A stretch of DNA of 12,902 bases from a virus. Where the stretch lies: the UHGV virus genome UHGV-0134334. One strand, 5' to 3'. A program made the translations under genes and the position numbers. A model generated the notes under the pieces. It saw only the letters and a program-made list of their open reading frames with translations. It was not told where the DNA came from and did not search any database. The stretch's first letter is position 1, and each line of letters begins with the position of its first letter. Of this stretch, positions 6,730 through 12,902 are shown piece by piece.

Positions 6730-8852
6730 TGAAAGTAACTGCAAACGGTAAGACATTTACCTTCCCTGACGGTACGAGCACGGAAGATATTGGCTCCGCC
6801 ATTGATGAGTATTTTGCTGGTCAGGCTGTTCAGCAACAAACAGTTAATCAGGCCAATAATGAACAAGCACGTGAAGAACCATCATTGATGCAACAAGCTG
6901 GCGATTGGCTCACTGGTGGTCAAAGTGCAGGGCAAATTGCAGAACAGGCTGGTCGTGGTCTGGTAAACATACCATTTGACGTATTGCAGGGTGGCGCAAG
7001 TCTGATTAATGCAATCAGTCAGGGGCTTGGTGGGCCAAAAGTATTGGATGATGTCTATCGTCCAGTCGATCGACCGACAGACCCTTACGCGCAAGCCGGT
7101 GAAACAATTGGTGGGTATCTCCTGCCAATTGGCACAGCGGCAAAAGCTGCTGGAGCGCCAGCAAAGCTCGCTGGAGATATCGGTTCCGCAGGAAACATGA
7201 TTGCAGGTTCTCTTGCTGATGCTGCAAATCAGGAGGGCGACTTTGCACAAAATGCTGCCATTAACGGTGGTATCAATATTGGTGCTCAAGGCGTTCTTTC
7301 AGGTGTCGGGCGCGTTATTGCGCCAAGGGTTTCACAGGCTCTTGGTGGTGCAGCACTGAATTCTGCTAATGATGTTTCCAGGATGGCAAAGTCAGGTGCT
7401 GGGCGTCGGTCAATTGCCAGTCAGGCCGCTAATGTGTCCGAAGATGTAGCAAAAGCGGCTGAGTCTGCTGGAATTGATATAAACGCATTAACACCAGGAA
7501 TGCGATCTGGAAGTCGTGGAATTGCACAAGCTGAAGGCGCATTGGCATCAACACCAGGAATTGTTCAGGACGCCCATCAGGCAGCATTTAACGAAATATC
7601 ATCAAAGTTAAGTCGAAACCTTGATGAATTTGGGGCCGCATCTGGAACGGCATCAGAAAAAAGTGCGGCTATAAAACAAAGGATTCTTCAAAATCTTGAT
7701 CAGATGAAGGATGCCGAGCGCGCGGCATGGGATGACGTGCGGTCAACAATGCCAAATCAAAAAGCAAGAATGCTAAATGGTAATGCCGTTATTCAGGCAG
7801 AGCGATCTGCTGGCATACCACTTACTCCTGAAATGAAACAGTTTGTTCAGGCAAACAATCAAGGTGGAGTAACATTTGATGGCATGAAAGCATGGAGAGC
7901 GAAATTTGCTGATGCGGAGCAAAAATATAAGCGTAGCGGAGAGGCAAATGCGGCAAGGAGAGCAGGGGAAATACGCCGGGCAATTACTGATGATATGCGC
8001 ACAATGGCGGAAAACGGCGGATTTCTTGATGACTGGCAGAAAGCTAATGATCTGTCTAAAGCGAGGTTATCAGCACAAGAGAGTGCAGAGTCTGTTTTCG
8101 GGCGTGATTTGGCAACAGATGCACTGATTACGAATGGAGTAAAATCCCTTCAATCATCGTCAGCTAAAGGTCTTAATGGTCCTGCTGGGTTCCATTCTAT
8201 GATCCGCGCGCTGCCAGAATCAGAGCGTGTTCCTGCTATATCATCAATGTTGCAAGATGCTATCTCGCATGGTGTGCGTGGTGGCAAAGCTGATGCAGCA
8301 GGAATTAACCATATCGCAGGGATACTTACCCCACAAAATGTAAAAGCCATTAGCAGATATTCCTCAGATCTCGGAAGAATTGCTGATGCATATGGCACTC
8401 TTGCAAGAGCGGCAGTGAAACCTCAGCAGTATATTGAAAGAACAGGGAGAACTGCCAATGTACTACGCGATCTGGATGCTGGTTTATCCAACGTCACATC
8501 AACAGTGTTAAATGCAATTGCCAACTCAACATCAGGTGCCATTGTTGGTGGCGCTGGAGGGGGTATTGCAGGCGCTGCCGCGGGTGCTTTAGTTGGCGCC
8601 GGGTTAAAAGGTGCTGTATCTAAAATTGCCACCACGCGTAGCGGTCGATATGCGATAGAGAAAGCAGTTCAGGAAGCCACGAAAGCAGTAAGAGCTGGCG
8701 GAAGTAAAGAAGCATTAGCGGCGGCGGAACGCAGATTTATGGCAAATAAAGCCGCCGTAAAAGCAATACGTGATGCAGTTGGAAACGAAGAGTTCAATCG
8801 CTTAGCGAGGGCTGGCATTGTAGCGTCGCTAAGCGGAATAGCACAGGAGTAA
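6726..8852 (+). CDS. DNA ejection/injection (E-protein) family protein, P22 gp16-like
   Basis: 708-aa Ala/Gly-rich protein with a Gly/Ala-rich C-terminal segment (..[24 protein letters not shown]..). It sits immediately upstream of the immI-like region, as gene 16 does in P22-like genomes. The assignment is by synteny and composition, not by a verified alignment. Confidence 0.45.
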   Translation: MMKVTANGKTFTFPDGTSTEDIGSAIDEYFAGQAVQQQTVNQANNEQAREEPSLMQQAGDWLTGGQSAGQIAEQAGRGLVNIPFDVLQGGASLINAISQGLGGPKVLDDVYRPVDRPTDPYAQAGETIGGYLLPIGTAAKAAGAPAKLAGDIGSAGNMIAGSLADAANQEGDFAQNAAINGGINIGAQGVLSGVGRVIAPRVSQALGGAALNSANDVSRMAKSGAGRRSIASQAANVSEDVAKAAESAGIDINALTPGMRSGSRGIAQAEGALASTPGIVQDAHQAAFNEISSKLSRNLDEFGAASGTASEKSAAIKQRILQNLDQMKDAERAAWDDVRSTMPNQKARMLNGNAVIQAERSAGIPLTPEMKQFVQANNQGGVTFDGMKAWRAKFADAEQKYKRSGEANAARRAGEIRRAITDDMRTMAENGGFLDDWQKANDLSKARLSAQESAESVFGRDLATDALITNGVKSLQSSSAKGLNGPAGFHSMIRALPESERVPAISSMLQDAISHGVRGGKADAAGINHIAGILTPQNVKAISRYSSDLGRIADAYGTLARAAVKPQQYIERTGRTANVLRDLDAGLSNVTSTVLNAIANSTSGAIVGGAGGGIAGAAAGALVGAGLKGAVSKIATTRSGRYAIEKAVQEATKAVRAGGSKEALAAAERRFMANKAAVKAIRDAVGNEEFNRLARAGIVASLSGIAQE

Positions 8853-9176
8853 TTAATCATCCATGGATGGATTGAGCTTATCTCGTGTTGATGTGGCGAT
8901 TTGTCCTACATTCCTAAGCCAAGATTTCAAATCCTTGATATTGTCATTGATTTCATGAATATCTTCTTTTTTTAGTCTGTTAATATTATTCTCAATAATT
9001 TCAATGGATTGCTCAATATCAGATATAGTGAATGATAGTTTGTTCTTCTCATCTTTTATTGAGTTTTTAAGTGCTTCGTTCTCAGTCTTGAGGTCAGATA
9101 TCTTTTGTTTTAAAGATGCCAGTTGGTACTGAACCACAATGAGTGCGATAGCTATCACGATAACTGTTGTATACAC
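8853..9176 (-). CDS. Small membrane protein with an N-terminal transmembrane helix and coiled coil (107 aa); last gene of the mnt operon
   Basis: Hydrophobic N-terminus (MYTTVIVIAIALIVVQYQ) followed by heptad-rich sequence. RBS GGAG 7 nt upstream. AT-rich. Its stop abuts the stop of the convergent ejection-protein gene (TAATTA). Confidence 0.55.
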   Translation of the reverse strand: MYTTVIVIAIALIVVQYQLASLKQKISDLKTENEALKNSIKDEKNKLSFTISDIEQSIEIIENNINRLKKEDIHEINDNIKDLKSWLRNVGQIATSTRDKLNPSMDD

Positions 9177-9197
9177 ACAAATCTCCTTAGTTAGTAG

Positions 9198-9533
9198 CTA
9201 TTTGGTAACCAAGGCAATAAACAGCGGAGCAAGGATTGCAGATATCATGAGGGCGATAAGCCACTTCTGATTCTCGTCCATCTTATCTGCTAGGCGACGC
9301 TCCATTCCGTGCATGTCGCCACGGATGCCAATCAACTCTTTTCTAGTTTCTGATATTAGCTTTTCTTGGTTGGCGGCAATCGTTTCAATGCGGGTCATTC
9401 TACTGTTCATATCTGATCCTCCTCCATAGCCACCTCCATGTGCTGGCTCTTCTGAGTCTTCAATTCCGATGGGGGCAAATTCGCTATTCGGAAAAGGATT
9501 GTCAGCATCGTAAGCCAACTTCAACTTAGACAT
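9198..9533 (-). CDS. Small membrane protein with a Gly-rich motif (HGGGYGGGS), coiled coil and C-terminal transmembrane anchor; paralog of ORF 2647..3018
   Basis: 111-aa ORF with a C-terminal hydrophobic helix (..WLIALMISAILAPLFIALV..) and shared PIG..HGGGxGGG..M motifs with ORF123. The Gly codons (GGAGGAGGA) form an SD before the in-frame ATG. Overlaps the upstream ORF by 8 nt. Confidence 0.55.
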   Translation of the reverse strand: MSKLKLAYDADNPFPNSEFAPIGIEDSEEPAHGGGYGGGSDMNSRMTRIETIAANQEKLISETRKELIGIRGDMHGMERRLADKMDENQKWLIALMISAILAPLFIALVTK

Positions 9534-9891
9534 TGCTGTTTTTCTCCCTTAGATACCAGCTTAACACAACACCTGTGTTGTACTGCATAATGTATCCGCA
9601 ATGCTTGCAAATTACATGATAAGAGTAATTTATTGGGTTGAATGATTCATCTTCGTTTTTTATATATTCACCATAATGGGCATGCCTACCCATGATGTCT
9701 TTTCCATTATCCTGATTTACAAATTGAACTTGAGGGACAACCATTTCAGACTGCCCGCACATTGGGCATTCGTCTGGAACACCTTTAGCTCTCAAGAAAG
9801 AGTCGAGAACCTTTGTAGTTATAGACGATAGCGCCTTGCGATATTCAGCCTCTCGCAGTTGATCGTCTGAGTATCCTGAATTGTCACTCAT
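9526..9891 (-). CDS. Zinc-ribbon protein (two CxxC pairs), translationally coupled to mnt (121 aa)
   Basis: CPMCGQ and CKHCGY motifs about 50 aa apart. The start codon overlaps the mnt stop (ATGA). No recognisable family. Confidence 0.55.
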   Translation of the reverse strand: MSDNSGYSDDQLREAEYRKALSSITTKVLDSFLRAKGVPDECPMCGQSEMVVPQVQFVNQDNGKDIMGRHAHYGEYIKNEDESFNPINYSYHVICKHCGYIMQYNTGVVLSWYLREKNSNV

Positions 9892-10139
9892 TTTTCATCC
9901 TTACCATACATGGTCTTTAGCGTCTCAACATCGCGTTCAAGATCTATCAATCGTGATGCTATAGTTGCAAGGTCTAGTGCTTGAATGTGTTTATTTTTTT
10001 CGGTCCACGCTTCAAGTGCCGCGACCATCTCAGCATTTAATGAACGAGAATTAGCCTCAGCCAGTTCAATAAGACGTTCCTTTATCTCTACAGGAAGCCT
10101 CAGATTCACTTGAGGGTTTTTGTACTTACGATCAGACAT
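9888..10139 (-). CDS. mnt: Mnt-like ribbon-helix-helix repressor (Arc/MetJ superfamily)
   Basis: The 83-aa ORF is the same length as P22 Mnt. Its N-terminal region (..NLRLPVEIKERLIELAEANSRSLNAEMVAAL..) resembles the Mnt/Arc RHH motif and it has a C-terminal coiled coil. It is divergent from arc-ant. Confidence 0.7.
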   Translation of the reverse strand: MSDRKYKNPQVNLRLPVEIKERLIELAEANSRSLNAEMVAALEAWTEKNKHIQALDLATIASRLIDLERDVETLKTMYGKDEK

Positions 10140-10174
10140 CGGCGCATCCTGAATAATTTTTTACCACAGGATAT

Positions 10175-10214
10175 GTAGGTATCTATTGACTATCAATGCG
10201 TACCTAAATACTAT
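10175..10214. promoter_or_regulatory. Divergent mnt/arc-ant promoter region with an imperfect palindromic operator
   Basis: Palindrome GTAGGTA-tct-ATTGA-cta-TCAAT-gcg-TACCTA (10175-10207). It overlaps a plus-strand -35 TTGACT (10186-10191) and -10 TACTAT (10209-10214), 17-bp spacer, upstream of arc. Confidence 0.45.
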
Positions 10215-10244
10215 GTATGCGTACCACATACAACGGAGGATGCA

Positions 10245-10385
10245 ATGAAGGTAAAAACACTGCGTATGCCAGAGAAGCTAGAAAAAATTCTTGAAGAAAA
10301 AGCAAAGGAAGAGTGCCGCTCATTCAGCGCAGAAGTAATTAAACGGGTGCTGGACAGCCTGAGGAGAGAGGGGATAACGGTGTGA
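10245..10385 (+). CDS. arc: Arc-like ribbon-helix-helix repressor (46 aa)
   Basis: Translation MKVKTLRMPEKLEKILEEKAKEECRSFSAEVIKRVLDSLRREGITV resembles P22 Arc (..FNLRWPREVLDLVRKVAEENGRSVNSEIYQRVMESFKKEG..). Strong RBS GGAGGA 4 nt upstream. Immediately upstream of ant. Below the ORF-track length cutoff. Confidence 0.65.
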   Translation: MKVKTLRMPEKLEKILEEKAKEECRSFSAEVIKRVLDSLRREGITV

Positions 10386-10418
10386 TTCGCTTGGATGCGG
10401 CAAAGAAATCAAAACAGT

Positions 10419-10450
10419 GAAGCCCCAACTGCGGGAACAGTCAGGGCTTC
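10419..10450. other. Stable hairpin in the arc-ant intergenic region; possible sar-like antisense RNA terminator or attenuator
   Basis: GAAGCCC-(18 nt)-GGGCTTC inverted repeat. On the minus strand it is followed by a T-rich tract (ACTGTTTTGATTTCTTTG). Confidence 0.3.
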
Positions 10451-10483
10451 GGTATCGTAAAACCACGCATAGGAATTAACGAC

Positions 10484-11407
10484 ATGAAAAGTATAGCAAC
10501 AGCAGTATCTACTATCAATGTACCATTCCACGGCGCAGAGCTTTATGTTGTCAATCACAACGGCGAACCGTATACCCCAATGAAACCTATCGTTGAGGGA
10601 ATGGGGCTAGACTGGAAATCTCAACATAAGAAGATTTCTCAACGCTTCTCGAAGGGTATGGTGGAAATCACCATACCTTCTGCCGGTGGGGTGCAAGCCA
10701 TGATTTGTATGGCTTTACGAAAATTGGCAGCTTGGTTGAACAGCATCAGTCCTAACAAAGTCCGCCCTGAAATCCGCGATAAGGTAATCCAGTATCAGGA
10801 AGAGTGTGACGATGTGCTCTACGACTACTGGACTAAAGGCCATGTAGTTAACCCACGCAAAGCTAAAAAGGCGTTGCCGGGTAAAATCACCACTGAACAG
10901 CAGGAAGCCATTAAACAACTCGTCATGAGTCGCGGTCAGTCTCTGCCAAAAGAAAAACAGGCGAAGGCAATGATTACCATGTGGTCGTCACTGAAATCTC
11001 ATTTTGGGTGTTCATACAAAGAAATCAGCGATGAGCAGTTTACCGAAGCTCTGTCACTTGCAGCTCGCGTTCCGCTTGAAGGCGAGTTAATCGGCAAACA
11101 AGAGAAGAAAGCAAACGAGCTTTCTGCAAAAGAAGCAAACAGCCTTGTATGGTTATGGGATTATGCCAACCGCTCACAGGCATTATTCCGCGAACTGTAT
11201 CCGGCGCTAAAACAAATTCAATCGAACTATTCAGGCAGATGCTACGACTACGGTCATGAGTTCTCGTATGTTATCGGAATGGCAAGAGACGTTTTAATCA
11301 ATCGCACACGAGATGTTGATATTAATGAGCCAGACGGACCAACGAATCTTTCCGCATGGATGAGACTTAAGAATAAAGAATTACCTCCTTCAGTACATAA
11401 CTACTGA
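10484..11407 (+). CDS. ant: Antirepressor Ant (P22 Ant-like N-terminal domain)
   Basis: The 307-aa ORF has an N-terminus (..VPFHGAELYVVNHNGEPYTPMKPIVEGMGLDWKSQHKKI..) typical of phage antirepressor N-terminal domains. It follows arc and is opposed by mnt, the P22 immI arrangement. Confidence 0.8.
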   Translation: MKSIATAVSTINVPFHGAELYVVNHNGEPYTPMKPIVEGMGLDWKSQHKKISQRFSKGMVEITIPSAGGVQAMICMALRKLAAWLNSISPNKVRPEIRDKVIQYQEECDDVLYDYWTKGHVVNPRKAKKALPGKITTEQQEAIKQLVMSRGQSLPKEKQAKAMITMWSSLKSHFGCSYKEISDEQFTEALSLAARVPLEGELIGKQEKKANELSAKEANSLVWLWDYANRSQALFRELYPALKQIQSNYSGRCYDYGHEFSYVIGMARDVLINRTRDVDINEPDGPTNLSAWMRLKNKELPPSVHNY

Positions 11408-11425
11408 CAGATAACCAACGCAACG

Positions 11426-11450
11426 ACCCAGCTTCGGCTGGGTTTTTTTA
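11426..11450 (+). terminator. Rho-independent terminator after ant
   Basis: ACCCAGC-TTCG-GCTGGGT hairpin followed by TTTTTTT. Confidence 0.8.
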
Positions 11451-11507
11451 TGCCCAAAATTCACCGTGGCCACGCTGCGGCGATTCATTGTATCTGGAGC
11501 AAATTAA

Positions 11508-12851
11508 ATGACAGACATTACAGCCAATGTGATCGTATCGATGCCTTCGCAACTTTTCACTATGGCGCGTTCTTTTAAAGCCGTAGCCAATGGCAAAATT
11601 TATATCGGTAAAATTGACACTGACCCGGTAAATCCAGAAAACCAGATTCAGGTTTATATGGAGAATGAAGACGGCTCTCACGTTCCTGTTTCGCAACCAA
11701 TCATCATTAACGCTGCTGGTTACCCTGTATATAACGGACAGATTGCCAAGTTCGTTACTGTGCAAGGCCATTCTATGGCTGTTTATGATGCATACGGTGC
11801 GCAGCAGTTCTATTTTCCTAATGTGCTGAAGTATGACCCTGATCAATTAAGACAGGAGCTATCTAAGCAGACTGATGGTTATTTTTTTAACCTTCCTCAA
11901 GGTGGTGTACTACATGATGCAATAAAGTATGTAACACCAGAAATGTATATCAATACATCTTCAGATATTACATCTGCTATACAAAGCGCATTTGACAATG
12001 GAAATGTGATTGATATGTCAGGTAGAGACTGGACTCTTGAGAGAACAATCCATGTCGGTGATGGCACTGAAATAAAGTTAGGCGCATCAACAATTACATG
12101 TCAACTTGGTTCTAAACCTGCTTTTGACTTTAGAGGAACAGATAAAGGACTCTTGGTCACAGGAGGTAAGTTTATTGGTAATTGCTCTGCAGTATTTTAT
12201 TTCCAAGGGACTACTGCTTTCCCTTCTCAATCAGGTCACTATGCAAGAAAAATAAGAATATACGGCACAGATGCTACTTCAGATACGGATGAGATAATTG
12301 ATTTCATCTATATGAAGGACGCTGTAAGGCAAGTTTTTATTGATTCATGTTATGCATATGTAAAAAACGGCATTACTGCAAGCGGAAAATGTGTGGAGGT
12401 GAAAGTCCAAAAAAGCATATTCAACTCAGGAACTTCCGATCAAAGTTCTTCTAGAATAAGTCTAAATTCACCGTCAGGAGCAAGTTATTACAACGAAGGT
12501 TGGCATTTTAGTGATTGTACAATTGATGGAGTTGGAAAATCATTTAATGTTACCGATATATATTCGTTAACCATCAATGGAGGATTTATCGGTGGTGAGG
12601 TTGCGTTTGGACAGCCAATAACAACACATTGCCGTGAGATCGTACTCGGTGGTGGATTAATCATGAAAGGGCGTGTTACTTTCACGCCAACCGTACAATA
12701 TGACTACAGGGCCAACATATCTCCTTCTCTTATGTTTGGTAATGGTGGAGTTGGAAACGTGGTCCTTAATGCAGGTGCTTCAGGCATCAACGTTAGCACA
12801 AAACTTGAAAGTTCTGGTGTTTCAGGAGGAACTGGCGTTATTGTTAATTGA
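11508..12851 (+). CDS. Tailspike protein: P22 gp9-like N-terminal head-binding domain plus a divergent beta-helix receptor-binding domain; probably 3'-truncated by IS insertion
   Basis: The N-terminal roughly 110 aa ([63 protein letters not shown]) align closely with the P22 tailspike head-binding domain. Its stop codon TGA is formed by the first bases of an IS3-like terminal repeat (TGATCC..). At 447 aa it is short for a tailspike. Confidence 0.75.
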   Translation: MTDITANVIVSMPSQLFTMARSFKAVANGKIYIGKIDTDPVNPENQIQVYMENEDGSHVPVSQPIIINAAGYPVYNGQIAKFVTVQGHSMAVYDAYGAQQFYFPNVLKYDPDQLRQELSKQTDGYFFNLPQGGVLHDAIKYVTPEMYINTSSDITSAIQSAFDNGNVIDMSGRDWTLERTIHVGDGTEIKLGASTITCQLGSKPAFDFRGTDKGLLVTGGKFIGNCSAVFYFQGTTAFPSQSGHYARKIRIYGTDATSDTDEIIDFIYMKDAVRQVFIDSCYAYVKNGITASGKCVEVKVQKSIFNSGTSDQSSSRISLNSPSGASYYNEGWHFSDCTIDGVGKSFNVTDIYSLTINGGFIGGEVAFGQPITTHCREIVLGGGLIMKGRVTFTPTVQYDYRANISPSLMFGNGGVGNVVLNAGASGINVSTKLESSGVSGGTGVIVN

Positions 12852-12902
12852 TCCTACCCACGTAATATGGACACAGGCCTAAGCGAGGTTCTGGTTTTCA
12901 AA
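12849..12902. mobile_element. IS3-family insertion sequence terminal inverted repeat (partial element, cut by the window end)
   Basis: TGATCCTACCCACGTAATATGGACACAGGCCTAAGCGAGG resembles the IS3 left end as I recall it (TGATCTTACCCAGCAATAGTGGACACGCGGCTAAGTGAG), with the TG start characteristic of IS3-family ends. Confidence 0.5.

Noticed and set aside
6882-8860. Minus-strand and internal ORFs inside the 708-aa ejection-protein gene (6882..7289, 7009..7200, 7015..7248, 7906..8127, 8150..8398, 8423..8635, 8669..8860)
   Set aside because: They are shadow ORFs in a GC-rich coding region. The long plus-strand ORF is continuous and coupled to its neighbours.
12673-12882. 69-aa plus-strand ORF across the tailspike/IS junction
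   Set aside because: It is an alternative frame inside the tailspike that runs into the IS inverted repeat, an artefact of the junction.

Overview
This window is the right end (attR side) of a defective, mosaic P22-like/lambdoid prophage integrated at the argW tRNA site of an Escherichia coli-type chromosome, next to the host gene dsdC. All calls rest on reading the sequence and ORF translations against remembered reference proteins and sites; no search or computation was run. Left to right: a 24-nt Illumina adapter remnant, the 3' part of dsdC, the 16-bp att core, the excisionase torI, an early-left operon (two small ORFs and a P22-type N antiterminator), and a lambda-type immunity region (OL/pL, cI, OR/pRM/pR, cro) with P22-type nut sites. 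Then come a cII-like gene, an O-like initiator with internal iterons, a truncated DnaB-like helicase joined by an apparent large deletion to DNA-ejection genes, a P22 immI-like module (mnt, arc, ant), and a tailspike gene that ends where an IS3-family inverted repeat begins. The strongest candidates for an undescribed system are two accessory cassettes: a two-gene operon downstream of cI where lambda carries rexA-rexB, and a three-gene operon translationally coupled to mnt. Each contains a divergent paralog of a small glycine-motif, coiled-coil, C-terminally membrane-anchored protein.
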